Assembly: GCF_006345805.1 (NCBI RefSeq)
Contig: NC_042998.1
Coordinates: 198,462,001-198,526,000 of the forward strand
DNA length: 64,000 bases
Direction of reading: 5' to 3'
Source: Octopus sinensis
Taxonomy: Eukaryota
Part shown: piece by piece, positions 50,006 through 63,540 of the stretch
Layout of the letters: every line of letters begins with the position of its first letter
Numbering within the stretch: the first letter of the stretch is position 1
Notes under the pieces: model-generated
Database searches by the model: none
Told to the model about the DNA's origin: nothing
What the model saw: the letters and a program-made list of their open reading frames with translations, nothing else
Made by a program: the position numbers and the translations under genes

Positions 50006-51195
50006 TTAAATCACCCTATCTCTTCCCTTTCAAATTTGTAGCTTGTGTTTAAGTAGAAGTTGTTGCTTTCACAAGAGACAGTGAATAGGAGAATTGTGAG
50101 AGCACTGGATAAAATATTCAGTAGTTTTTACATTGAGTATTTAATTTATGTTGGGGTTAGCTTTGATTTTATCCATGAAGTTTGATATAACAAACGCCAG
50201 GTATATACTGGGGTTGATCCTATATCTTGCTTCACCTTCAAATTGTGATAGAAATTAGTATTTCAGACCATTATTTTCAGAAGAGTTTGTTGGGTGTCTG
50301 TAAGTTTGGTTGCTGCAAGCTTTTTGAGTTTAGTTTTGTCTGCCAGCACTATGTTTCAGTTGAGCCAAATTTGATAAAATAAGCTTTCAGTATGACTGGG
50401 ATTCATTCAGTCTTATTTGTACTTCATCTTACAAGTGTGTCCATGAAAGTATGGTTATATATCTACAGGTGGACAAGAAAAAGAAAAGCTCCTACATATA
50501 GAAAAAATTCTACAGCATACCGAATAAAATATGTTTTAAGCATCTTTCACAAGAAGAATTATTAGGCTAGCATCTTGCTTTTTAACTTACAGACATGTAA
50601 TAAACTTCACTTTTTAGTGATCTGTACAACACTGAACCATGTTAGCCGTAAACAATTTAATGATTTCAAATTTAAATGCATCAAAATGCTTTGCTGCGAA
50701 AGAGTTCTCACTGACTTCAATATAAGAAAAAAAAAATTCCAAACACAAAAGTTTCACTTATTGCATGAAGATGGAGGCGCAATGGCCCAGTGGTTAGGGC
50801 AGCAGACTTGTGGTTGGAGGATCGCGGTTTCAATTCCCAGGTCGGGCGTTGTGTGTGTTTATTGAGTGAAAACACCTAAAGCTCCACGAGGCTCTGGCAG
50901 GAGGTGGTGGCGACCCCTGTTGTAGTCTTTCGCCCCAACTTTCTCTCACTCTCTTGTTTCTTGAGTAGTGCTGCAATGGACTGGTGTCCCGTCCAGCTGA
51001 GGGGAACACATACGCCATAGAAACTGGGAAACCGGGCCCGTGAGCCTGGCTAGGCTTGAAAAAGGCGCATAAATAAATAAGTTGCATGAAGATGGAAAAA
51101 AACAAACAAAAAAAAACTGATGTCTCAATGGTTTACGGGAAACACCTTTAAAAAGTTCTACAAGAAGACAGCAAATAACTAAAAATGGTTTATTA

Positions 51196-51476
51196 TCAAG
51201 AAGTGTTTGCTGATGGTAAATTAGAGTCCTGAGGTTGATCAGTTGTAATGTCAGGTAAAGTTTCTGGAGTCTTCAGCTTGAACACAACTGGGATTTTTTC
51301 TAATTTAGGATTGGTTTTTTGTAGCCCACGAATCCACGTAACAAGAGAAGCCTTTGTTGATGTCCCTGTAATACACATGGCCAATATGGTTCCTTCTGGT
51401 TGTTGATGGAGGCTTGTAGATAGACTCGGCAGTGTGTGGTGTTCCTCTTCCGTAAAAACATTCCATTCAAACAGAT
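51196..51476 (-). CDS. ECSIT: ECSIT terminal exon
   Basis: Acceptor TTGCAG at 51477. The phase-1 join gives D-LFEWNVF...QPEGTILAMCITGTSTKASLVTWIRGLQKTNPKLEKIPVVFKL, matching the ECSIT C-terminus (EG..FAMC..G.......W..GLQ..NP.L..IPVVF.L). TGA at 51198-51196. Confidence 0.92.
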
Positions 51477-53599
51477 CTGCAATGATGATGGTACATAGAT
51501 TAGATTAGTTAAAATGGTTCCTTAATACCTAAATAGCAATCCCTTATTTGTGACTTAATTAAACCTACAAATGATACCTTTGTACAAAGAAAAAGGAAGT
51601 TTGTGAGTGGTTGTCTGTGATAAAAGACATCCATCAGTAACTGACACAGTTTTATGAAATTTTATTTTCTTAGCAAGTGACCTTTTTTAGGTTCTTCAAG
51701 AATGATGAAATTGAAAGGCATTAAGAACACCTGTAGGTAAAGTGAGGACCAGGAAGGATTCCAGAGGGTTGCTCAGAGAGAGAGAAAAATATGGAAACTG
51801 AGATGCTCATAATTGTTTTCTTTAGAGCTTTAATGATAGGAATATAGTGATATAACCACAACCAGAATCAAAACTCATTTCAAGACTGTTCTCTAGAACT
51901 AGACTGCTACTAATTAGGTCAATATAACATTATTAGATGTGGTTTTTCTTTTTAAAATTAAAAAAAAAAGTTCTGAAAGTTTGACATAAACAATTATCAT
52001 GCTAGAATAGATGAGGCACATTTTAGCTATTCAGGTATGGATTGCTTAAACAACGAGAATATTTTCAGCTGCTAAAACAACCCAGCCAAATCTCATACTC
52101 TATCATTATAAAAAGGAAAGATGCATCGAACAATGAAGTCAAAAATATGTCTTAAAACAGATGGTCATGGATTGATTGTTAATTGTAAGTTGGCTTGATC
52201 AGGTCTGAATTGAGCATAAACGACAACTAAATTCTTCACATTTGATGACTGGGATCCGTGCTAGCAGGGTGCAAAGAGCACCATCCGAGCGTGATCGTTG
52301 ACAGAGCGGCTAACTGGCTTCAGTGTTAGTGGCACATAAAAGGGCACCATTCAAGTGTGATCATTAAGAGTGTCACCTTACTGGCACTTGTGCCCCATGC
52401 TAGTAGGGTGCCAAGAGCACCATCCGAGCATGATCGTTGCCAGAACAACCAACTGGCTTCCATGCCGGTGGCACATAAAAGGGCACCATTCGAGTGTGAT
52501 CGTTACCAGCGTTGCCTTACTGGCACCTGTGCCAGTGGCATGTGTAAAAAGATTTGAGTGAGGCCATTGCCAGTACCGCCTGAGTGGTCCCCGTGCCAGT
52601 GGCACGTAAAAAGCACCCACTACACTCTCGGAGTGGTTGGCGTTAGGAAGGGAATCCAGCTGTAGAAACTCTGCCAGATCAAGATTGGAGCCTGGTGCAG
52701 CCATCTGGTTCGTCAGCCCTCAGTCAAAATCGTCCAACCCATGCTAGCATGGGAAGCAGACGTTAAACGATGATGATGATCGATATCTAACATTCATCAA
52801 GCTATGACATTTTTAGAAATATTTTCCATTTACGTTCACTCTCTCTCTGATGGCTGCATTAACTGAGTCAATATATTTTGAAGTGAAAAGTCAATACAAT
52901 ATGGGATGTTGCACTCATCATCTCAAGCTCATCCCCGTCGTACAATAGAAAGAGATACGAGATATTTATTAGTTGACATTATATTGCTTTAGTTTTATCA
53001 GTAATGTGATTTGCAAAGGTTATTTCAATAAACAATCATATCAGGGCAAAATATAGGACGAGAAATACAGTAACAGGAACAGCAGCAGAGACTATTGACA
53101 AAATGAGAAAGAACGAAGGCGTTTAGTCAATGTTGAATTGTGGCACGTAAAGTGCACCATTTGAGCGTGATTGTTGTTAGCATTCCCTCACTGGCACGTG
53201 AACAACACATTTGAGTGAGGTCGTTGCCAGTTCTGCGGGACTGACGCCTGTGCAGGTGACACGTAAAAGACACCATTTTCGAGCGTGGCCATTGCCAGTA
53301 CCGCCAGATTGGCCCTCGTGCTGGTGGCACTTTAAAAGCACCCACTACACTCTCAGAGTTGTTAGCATTAGGAAGGGCATCCAACTGTAGAAACTCTGCC
53401 AGATCAAGATTGGAGCCTGGTGCAGCCACCTGGTTCACCAGCCCTCAGTCAAATCGTCCAACCCATGCTAGCATGGAAAGCAGACGTTAAATGATGATAA
53501 TGAGAGTTGGTAACTTGAGGTATTAAGTGGGGCAACATCCAGGTATGGTAGTGTGGATATGTGTGTATATATATATATGTATATAAGAGGAATTATATG

Positions 53600-53860
53600 C
53601 AGTGAACAAGAGAGGAAATTGTGCTAGTTTGGTAACGTGAAGCAGATGGACGAGGACAATTGCATAAAGAAGTGCCAATCACTTAAAGTGGAGGGCAGTT
53701 GTGGAAGGGTGAGACCGAGGAAGACAAGGGGCAAAGTACTGAAGATCAACCTCAAAATGCTGAGCCTTATGAAGATTAGAGAGGACCAAGGTATGTGGTA
53801 CATTGCTGTACTCAAGAAAACCCTGCCCACTGCAACAGAATTGATATCTTAAAGCCAAAG
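53600..53860 (+). mobile_element. RTE LINE 3' fragment
   Basis: MDEDNCIKKCQSLKVEGSCGRVRPRKT is the RTE C-terminal GRPRKTW-type segment and resembles 39700-39757. Confidence 0.75.
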
Positions 53861-55442
53861 TGCCACATAAAAAAGGGTATTAGTGTGGGTGCTGGGGCCA
53901 CATGATGAGCACACAGTACACTCTGTAAAGTGGTTGGTATTAGGAAGGGCATCCAGCTGTAGAAACCAGGCCAAAACAGATTATGGAACCTGGGGCAGTT
54001 CCTGGTCTTGCCAGTTCCTATCAAGCTGTGCAACATAGAAACAAACATAAAATGATAAATGATTGTGTATATATTGCACACACATTATATACATACATAT
54101 ATGCAGGTATGGCTGTATGCTGAGAAGTTTGTTTCCCAACTGCATGGTTCTAGGTTCATTCCTACTGTGTGACACCTTCAGCAAGTTCTTCTACTGTAGC
54201 TTTGGGCTGGCCAAAGTATTGTGAGTGGATTTGGTAATGTTTTACACTTATTTTTCTATGTTAGAATTGACGAAATGAATTTTCTGTAGCAGTGAAAGTT
54301 TTAGCGTCACCTTACTGGCACCTGTGCCGGTAGCACGTGTAAAAAGATTCGAGTGAGGTCATTGCCAGTACCACCTGACTGGCCCCTGTGCCGGTGGCAC
54401 GTAAAAGCACCCACTACACTCTCAGAGTGGTTGGCGTTAGGAAGGGCATCCAGCTGTAGAAACTCTGCCAGATCAAGATTGGAGCCTGTTGCAGCCATCT
54501 GGTTCACCAGCCCACAGTCAAATCGTCCAACCCATGCCAGCATGGAAAGCGGACGTTAAACGATGATGATGATGAAAAGAAAAACAAATTGCAGTGAAAC
54601 TTCTTGTGAAAAACCTGGCTAAATGCTTGCAGTACTTAGTAAATTTCTTTTTTTATACTGAGTTCAAATCTCACAAAGAGCAGTTGTTTATCCTTTCAGG
54701 AAGATAAAGCAAGTACCAGCCATATACATGTGTTGATTCAATGATCTTGCTGCCCCATCCCTACAAATCTTTGGACTTGTAATAGCAAAAAGTAGACATA
54801 ATTACAATGATAATAAGGGTGGTAAATTGAAAAAATCATTAAAGCTTTGAAAAAAAATGCCTTGCAATATTTGTTACTGCCCTTTATGTCCTCAGTTTAA
54901 ATCCCACTGATATCAATTTTAACTTTCCTGAGTCATGTACTGGAGTTGAGAGTACCAACAAAGCACTCCCCTAAAAAATGCTGTCTTTGTGCTTTAATTA
55001 GAAACAATATTACAGAGATAACAGTTACAATCACTACTTACATTATCAGAGTTGACTTTACTCATCATTTTCCCAGAGTCATTAAAATTATTATCATTCA
55101 TATATGAGGTTTGAGTTAACCATCACATTGTCGCAAATTAGTGCCAGCTATGCATTAGGAATAGGTCAACCAACCATAATATCAGCACAGATTTGTGGTC
55201 TCTTGCCAATGTTTGAAATCGGCTTTATTAATACTGTATTAATACAATGCAATAGGCACAGGTAAGGTTATAGGCACAAATACACGTGTATTCACTTCCT
55301 AACCAAGTACTTTTGGGTTCAATGTCACTTTAGGGTACTTTGGATAAGCTTCTTCTACTATAGTACTAGGCCAACCAAAACTTTAGAGTGTATATGAAAA
55401 AAGGAAACTGAAAGAAACCTGTCATATATATACACACATATA

Positions 55443-55750
55443 TGTGGAGGCGCAATGGCCCAGTGGTTAGGGCAGCGGACTCGTGGTTGTAGGATCGCAG
55501 TTTCGATTCCCAGACCGAGCGTTGTGAGTGTTTATTGAGCAAAAACACCTAAAAGCTCCACGAGGCTCTGGCAGGGGATGGTGGCGATCCCTGCTGTACT
55601 CTTTCGCCACAACTTTCTCTCACTCTTTCTTCTGTTGGCCTGCTCACTTAGCCAGCAGGGTGGCATCATTTGAAGGCTAAAACAATGCGAAACGCATTGT
55701 GACCATTGATGTGTAGCAACATCTGATAGCCTGGTCGGTCACGGTGATAT
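55443..55750 (+). mobile_element. tRNA-derived SINE family E (second copy at 50772-51065)
   Basis: GGAGGCGCAATGGCCCAGTGGTTAGGGCAGCGGACT...TTCGATTCCC tRNA-like head; the head and body are shared between the two loci. Confidence 0.8.
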
Positions 55751-57499
55751 ATATACACACACACACACACACATATATGCATGCACATTTATACGTGTGT
55801 GGAAGAATGAGTTTATATTTCTGAAGTCCAAATAAGTTTTCACAACAGTGTCATTTGTTTCTGGGTTTCTATGTCAACATGTCTAGGCTGTTATATAATA
55901 TATATATATATATAAATTAAATTAGAGATCAAAAAAATATTAGGCAACTCAAACAGTGATAGACATAAACCAATACATAAATAACAAAAAATAAATATAA
56001 TTAATATAATATACATCAGTTGAGATTCCATAAAGTCAAGCCCTTTATGGGTGTGAAACCTAAGGTAATCCCATAAACCAGCCTTCCCCATTTTTAATAT
56101 ATACTGCTCTACATCTTAGAGTATGCTTCTTCTTTCGGATTTATGTTTTTTTCAGATGATATCATCATCATCATCGTTTAACGTCCGCTTTCCATGCTGG
56201 CATGGGTTGGACAGTTCGACCAGGGTCTGGGAAGCCAGGAGGCTGCACCAGGCTCCAGTCTGATCTGGCAGAGTTTCTACAGCTGGATGCTCTTCCTAGC
56301 GCCAACCACTCCGTAAGTGTAGTGAATGCTTTTTATGTGCCAGGCGAGGCTGGCAACGGCCACGATCGGTTGGTGCTTTTTACGTGCCACCAGCACGGAA
56401 GCCAGTCAAGGCGGCGCTAGCAACGGCCAAATATATATCTCACAAAACTTTGGTCAGCCTGAGGCTATAGTAGAAGAGACTTGTCAAGGTGTCACACAGT
56501 AGGACTGAACCTGGAACCATGTGGTTGGGTTTGCAAGCTTACCACACAACCACACCTGTGCCTATAATAGCTTATAAATTATAACAATATTGTTAGTTCA
56601 TACACGAAATAAAAGAGGTTCAGCTGATTGTTGTGAACTTTGATTATCACAGACAGGTTCAAAGATTATAACGATTCCATCTTTTGGATCTTTTCGGTTC
56701 GACCGGCAGTTTTTAAAAATATTTTTCACGTAACTGAACACTTTTAAACTTCGTATACTGGTAGAATGTGTTTATAAAACATCTTTTTCTCTTGGCTTTA
56801 TTGAGAAAATTCTATAGTTTGTAAGATATTTGTTGTTTTTTTTCCTTCAATTTCTGCAATTTCAACCGATCAATGACGTCTATTGAAGTGAAAACATTCT
56901 GTGCCGCATGAATATGTTCCTCGTTTAAGAAACAGATTGGGTTTATTTACATTTCTGAAGGAAAAAAAGATACCCTTCTTCCCACCACTAACCCTAAAAC
57001 AGATTGAAATGCAATAGATCGATACTAGGGTCATAATTATTGGTGACTATTTCATATGACACCGCTAGAAAAAACTGCCGGTCAAACCGAAAAGATCCCG
57101 TCTGTGTAGGAAAAGCAGGACCACATTTAACCAACACGTACTTCTTTAACTCGGTAGTGTGTGATTTGAGGGAACGTTGGTTACTGTTTCTCGCATAGCG
57201 GAACACAAAGTAGAGACTCACTTGTCTGCTAGGATTACGTGGGTGTGGTGGGTATGAAGTTAAGCTTTTGGGCCTACGTATTGGTTACAAGGACGGCGCT
57301 TTAAATATTAGTAAAACAATTGAAGCGCAAGGGACGTAACTCCGAAAGCTGAAACAAAAACTAGATTCTTTACATCGCAGTGGGAAAGACGTTCTCCTTC
57401 ATCGTCACGGATTTACGTCTACTTTCTCTATGCCGGCAAGGGTTGGACAAGACTTACTGAGACAATATTCTATGATCAGATACCTTTCTTAATACCCAA

Positions 57500-58040
57500 T
57501 TTGCTAACTGTTCAGTTTAGGGATATTAAAAAAGTAAATATTCTTTGCCATATTCTGAATGCCTTACTTCCCTGGGCATGGATACATTGAAACTCCGACG
57601 TCTGGCAGCTGACTTGGCAGACACCCATAAAATTATTAACCATCTTACAAACAATATCTCTGAGCACCTTTTCAAACTCCACCCGTCTAACACCCGTGGA
57701 CATATTTACAAAGTCAGAAAACAGCACAGCTCCCATGACTTTTGGAAACATTTTTTCATGCTAAGAGTTGCTGAAGCATGGAACAAACTGCTGGCATCAG
57801 TTGTTAGTTGTCGGAGCACTGCATCCTTCAAAACTTCCATGCTTCCTGAGATTCACCAACACTACACCTGATTCTCTCCTCCCCTCCATACACACGCAAG
57901 CATGTATCCGACTCATACACTGTTCACTTCCCAAACATTTGTACATTACTGCATATGCTTTATACGCACTTTTGACAAGTTGTGGTGCACCTGAGCACTG
58001 TATACAATAATTTCATTATTATTATTATTATTATTATTAT
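57500..58040 (+). mobile_element. CR1/L2-type LINE 3' end with (ATT)n tail
   Basis: LKLRRLAADL...TRGHIYKV...FFMLRVAEAWNKL is the CR1/L2 C-terminal signature, ending in (ATT)n at about 58012-58040. The same 3' tip recurs at 26808-26870. Confidence 0.85.
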
Positions 58041-58486
58041 AAATAAAAATTGAGGAAGAGATAACTAGTAAAGCGACATAAATAAGTCACCTCATTGTTA
58101 CACAACATAAATCTTTATATATAAAGCTGATGTTGTCTGTGTATGACAGGTTTGGTAGCCTTCAACTAACACTATCTCCTCCGAGACCCTGCAGCGCAAG
58201 TTGACCAAAATTGAGAGAATGATAGAAGAAGGCTTGTTCTTCATTCTGTAGAAGAAAAAATTCAAATCGGACCATGTTAACACCAAAAATTATTTACATC
58301 AAAAACGTGGGGTTTTTTTTCTATGAAAATACCTATTTTTTTAACGATTTTGTGACTGTATTTCAACCAGAAAAATGTTCACTTAAAGAGAATAACAAGC
58401 TACACGATGCAAAATTTTTACTTTTCAAAAATTCCAATTCTAAAGGGTCGAAAAGAAAATAAATATTTACTTTGGAATTGATCAGA

Positions 58487-58680
58487 ATGGCACGTGGCAG
58501 ACCAGCGGAACCACAATTCATTGTTCCTGAAATTCAAATCGTCAACCGTGAATCAATATCGGAATATCACCCAATTAACCGAACCACGAGACAAGATTCT
58601 TCAGTGGTTGGCATGGCGTCGACTAATTATGAATTTAGACATGTGCGAAAATTGTAATTCGCCATGTTACCTTACTACAG
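58487..58680 (+). pseudogene. Frameshifted N-terminal relic of a Merlin/ISXO2-like transposase
   Basis: MARGRPAEP... then, after a frameshift, ILQWLAWRRLIMNLDMCENCNSPCYL, resembling the WL..R.LI.....C..C.....L zinc-ribbon start of IS1016/Merlin transposases (recalled pattern). Confidence 0.5.
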
Positions 58681-61182
58681 TATTTTTTGATACATAAAGC
58701 GTGACGGGCCACGATCATGGCCGTCAGGCACAGGTCGACAGGCCACAATCGTGGCCCAGATGCCTTTGATTTATGGGCGTTTGTTGGGGTCTAATGTCAC
58801 TCAAACGCTCCGATACCCCTAGAATGCAAGAGGATTAATAATTCAAATTGTGACTTTTCAGATGATGTAAAACTCGCCACCATTATATACTAAGAAGATA
58901 TTTTAACTAATTTTTTGTTTTTTATGTGTGCATGGTTGTCTCATTTTCATAAACTGTGCTCAGCAGTCCATGTTATGTGAGTGCAAATCCCAGCGCCTTA
59001 TGGGTTAACAGTAAGTTACTAGTTATCTCCCCCTTAATTTTTATTTACTTCTTAAATATCCCCAAACTGAACAATTATCCTAATTTTTCTTGTTTTCAAA
59101 GAAGAATATTTAATCTCATGTCTTCCCACATCCAACTACAAAACTTCTGGATCTTTTGTTTATGGGGGACAGTTATAATAATGTCACCGCTGTCCAAGCA
59201 GTGATATTTTGAAAACGCACACACCCCAACGGACTTTCGTACAGTTTATGTCTACCAAAGTTCTATTTTCTGCTTATCAAACACTCAATTCTTCCTTCTA
59301 ACAGGTCTATATTCATCTGATCAACATGAGGCTACAGTAGAACTCTTGCCTAAGGTGCAACACAATAGGATTACACTCAAAATCCCTGTCTTTGTGGATC
59401 AAACTTCTGTCACAACATGCCAAATAAACCACCTCATCCATCGAACCAGAGATAAAACAGATGTAAAATATCGACAAAAACAGTAATAATCATCGGTCCA
59501 AGGAGACGAGTTATGGATTTAATCAATCCCAGTGAGACGAAAAGCAAAGTCCACTTTGTCAAGATTTTGAACTTAGATTGCAAATAGATTTAACTAAATA
59601 CTATGAGCTATTTTGTTTGGTGTGCTACAATTCTGTCTTCTATGACCTTCCATAATAATCCAGTCTATGATAGGCATGTAGCGTATCTGACATCCCCACT
59701 GTTTGAGAGACACAATAAGAATGATCTCGTTTGAGATTACAACCATCTTTGGCTAGTTTGACCCTGTTGTGTCCACTGATCTGATTGGTTGGTATCTGGC
59801 GCGGTTTGTCTTATTTCGCGCCAGGTTGTAAAGCCAACCAATCATGGCCTTTAGATAAGGTCTCGTCACACTGTGTTCCAGAGATCTTCATCTTGTTACA
59901 GGCACAAGGCCTGAAGTTTGGTGGAGGGTGCTAGTCGCTTACATTGACCCCAGTACACAACTGGTACTTATTTTATTGACCCTGAAAGTATAAAAGGGCA
60001 AAGTCGACCTTGGTGGAGTTTGCATCACCTTCCATAATATTGATAATAACTGTTTCAAATTTTAACATAGTGCTAGTAATTTTAGTAGGACGGGGTTAGT
60101 TATATGTTGCCCCTTTCCCCACTCCCAACTAGTGCCCAATTGGTACCCATTTTATTGACACTGAACGGTAAAGTTGACCTTGCAGAATATAAAAAGCCAG
60201 AAGAAATGCCACCAAACATTTTGTCCAATATCCTAAGCTCACCACCTTAACAATGGTTTCAGATTTTGCTATTGGTACAAGGTCAACAATTTTAGAAGGA
60301 AGGGCTTAGCTGATTACGTCAACTGCAGTACTTGACTGGTACTTTATTTTATTGACCCCAACAAAGGGATGAAATGTAATGCTGACCCGAGTGGGATTTA
60401 AATTCAGAACCAAAGAGATAGAAGAAATACTGTTAAGTATTCTATTTGATGTGTTATGAATTCTGTTATCCAACTGCTTTAAATTTTGGGATCTTTTCGG
60501 TTTGAACGGCAGTTTTTTCTAGCGGTGTCATATGAAATTGTCACCCATAATTATGACCCCAGTATCGATCTATTGCATTTCAATCTGTTTTAGGGTTAGG
60601 GGTGGGGGGAAGGGTATCTTTTTTTTTCTTCAGAAATGTAAATAAACCCAATCTGTTTCTTAAACGAGGGACATATTCATACGGCACAGAATGTTTTCAC
60701 CTCAATAGACGTCATTGATTGGTTGAAATTGCAATAATTGAAGAAAAAAAAACCAACAAATATCTTACAAACTATAGAATTTTCTCAATAAAGCCAAGAG
60801 AAAAAGATGTTTTATAAACACATTCTACCAGTATACGAAGTTTAAAAGTGTTTAGTTATGTAGAAATTATTTTAAAAAACTGCCGTTCAAACCGAAAAGA
60901 TTCAGATTTTGACACAACGCCAGCAATTCTAAAGAGGAAGGGGTTTGGTAAATAGCTTGAGCACTGGTGCTTATTTTATGGGAGTTAAACTCAGAACCTA
61001 AAGGGCAGAAGAAATGCTGATAAATGTTTTGTCCAGTCTGCTAATAATTCTGGCAGTAAGAAGAAATTCCTACAGAAATTCTTGGAATTAATGAATATTA
61101 AAGGTTAGACTGTTTCAGATTGAACTGTTTCTTAAGACATTTAAAACAAGATTTTTTTAATGAAAATAATCTTAAAGTTTAC

Positions 61183-61426
61183 CATCAGCATCATCATCCT
61201 CATTCAACTTTTTCCCTGCTTCCACAGCTTTAAGAGATTTGTTAGGGTTTTTCTCAGCTATCAAGACGAAGTAAGTTTGAAGTACGCTTCTCAACCACAC
61301 AGTGTGACCGCCCTCCACCGTCAGAGGGGACAACTCATCATGTTTATTCAGAAGTTCCCGCTGTGAGGGACTTTGGGCACTTGCAATGAATGTGTTCACT
61401 TCAGGGTCTTTCTCAATTTCCGCTGT
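61183..61426 (-). CDS. ECSIT: ECSIT penultimate exon
   Basis: TAEIEKDPEVNTFIASAQSPSQRELLNKH...VEGGHTVWLR...YFVL matches ECSIT (QSP.Q..L..H....VEGP..LWLR...Y..L). Acceptor TTTTACCAG at 61427 (phase 0); donor GTAAAC at 61182 (phase 1). Confidence 0.9.
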
Positions 61427-61921
61427 CTGGTAAAAAGAAATCATTGAATGAAGGTTACCAGTAAAGGAAAAAAACGTAATGGATGATGATGATGATGATG
61501 ATGATGATAACGTCTGTTGGTCATTGTTATATATGCTGTAGAAAACGTTTTAATAAAAAATTTTTTAGATGTGAATAAATCTTGAATCTCCTCTTGGTTT
61601 TGAATTGAATATTCCATATGGAATATTTGCAGTTCTGAATAGGAACAAGGAACTACCCAACAAGTAGAACTTAGAAGTACCAGTATGTATTTATACTTGA
61701 GTACTATGTAGTCAGTCTGTTGTGGATAGTCGGCATCTATATCATTTTATCAAAGATGACAGAGAAATAATTTGATGAAATTTTATTTAACAACAAGAAA
61801 ATTCAAAACACAAATTGCTTTGTAACTTAAAACATGTAGATAATTTATATTATTATATTTAAAAATCATCTACATAATTTTAAGTTACGAAACAATTTGT
61901 TGTGATACTTGAATTTTCTTA

Positions 61922-62313
61922 TCTCTCTATATATATAAAGCTGAAGTCGTTTGTGTATGTTCAGGTTTGGTAGCCTTCAACTAACACTATCTCCTCCAAG
62001 ACCCTGCGGTGCAAGTTGACCAAAATTGAGAGTATGATAGAAGAAGGCTTGCTCTTCCTTCCGTAGAAGACCATGCTAAGACCAAAAATTATTTACATCA
62101 AAAAGGTGCTTTTGTTTCTATGAAAATCCTTATTTTTTATGATTTTTTAATGATTTTTAGACTGCTGTGTCATCATTTTTCGGTGTATTTCAACTAGAAA
62201 AATGTTCACTTAAAGAGAATAACAAGCTACATAATGCAAAATTTTTACTTTTCAAAAATTCCAATTCTGAAGGGTCAAAACAAACCCGAGCAACGCCGGG
62301 TAATACTCCTAGT
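61922..62313 (+). mobile_element. Helentron/DINE-1-like element (related copies at 58112-58460 + and 48224-48470 -)
   Basis: TCTCTCTATATATATAAAG start and CCCGAGCAACGCCGGG...CTAGT end. The internal sequence is shared with the other two copies. Confidence 0.7.
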
Positions 62314-63540
62314 TGTTGAATAAAATTTCATCCAACTATTTCTGCCATTTAGGACTTTATACACTCCTTATCATTTTCTCTTGTATTGTACTGTATATTC
62401 ATAAGGAGCTTTTTTTTATGAGTACAACCGGATTACTTGAATCCATTACATTATGACTTATATGTGTGTGTGTTAACATATATAGTGTTAACTGTTAGTA
62501 AAAAGAGTATTTAATACTATAGTAGAGATTAATGATATATTTTGTCTTGGTTGAGTCAGTCTCTTGTTACTCGGCTTTTACCTGTAGGTGTTCAGGATAT
62601 TCATTGAAGTTATGACATCATAACTCACCTGAAGATCCCATGTGCACTAACAGGTGAAACTCAGTGTAGCCAGAGACAAATTTGATCAATTCCCTTTCTG
62701 AAAAAAGAAGGGGGCACATTAGACATTAGATAATGTGGTCATAAATAGACCGTGTGTGAATAAAAGACTAATTATGGCTTGAATGATTTTGATCACAGGT
62801 CTGCTGCTTGCTTAGAGTCGACCAAGGGCTAAACAAATGAGAATGAGAAAAAAAAACAACTAGACAATGGAAAGAGTGCAGCATGTCTGCACTGTTGCAC
62901 TGCATCCCGTTCAATTCATCACTGCATGTTGGAGTGTGCAGTATGATCCTTTATGAGGCAAAAATCATAGTATACCTTGTGGCTAGTACCTAATTGTTAA
63001 GTCACCTACCCATGTTCCCTAGGTCTGCTTGGGGCTAAATACATGCACCCCCACCAAATACTGCCAATGTTGTTGCCAACAACAACACATATTGTTATTT
63101 AATACTCTTTACTCTTTTACTTGTTTCAGTCATTTGACTGCGGCCATGCTGGAGCACCGCCTTTAATCGAGCATCTCGACCCAGGACTTATTCTTTTGTA
63201 AGCCCAGTACTTATTCTATCGGTCTCTTTTGCCGAACTGCTAAGTAACGGGGATATAAACACACCAGCATCGTTTGTCAAGCAATGCTAGGGGGACAAAC
63301 ACAGACACACACACACACACATATATATATACATATATACGACGGGCTTCTTTCAGTTTCCGTCTACCAAATCCACTCACAAGGCTTTGATCAACCCGAA
63401 GCTATAGTAGAAGACACTTGCCCAAGGTGCCACGCAGTGGGACTGAACCCGGAACTATGTGGTTGGTAAACAAGCTACTTACCACACAGCCACTCCTTAA
63501 CATTAATGGTTAATATTAAACAAAATATCGTTCAATTTAC

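Noticed and set aside
50772-50850. tRNA-like cloverleaf heads (also 55443, 36194, 5180)
   Set aside because: They continue into multi-copy SINE bodies and lack complete acceptor stems.
51477-61182. Possible additional ECSIT exon in the 9.7-kb intron
   Set aside because: The flanking exons already join in phase and give a continuous ECSIT-like sequence; no extra exon was seen.
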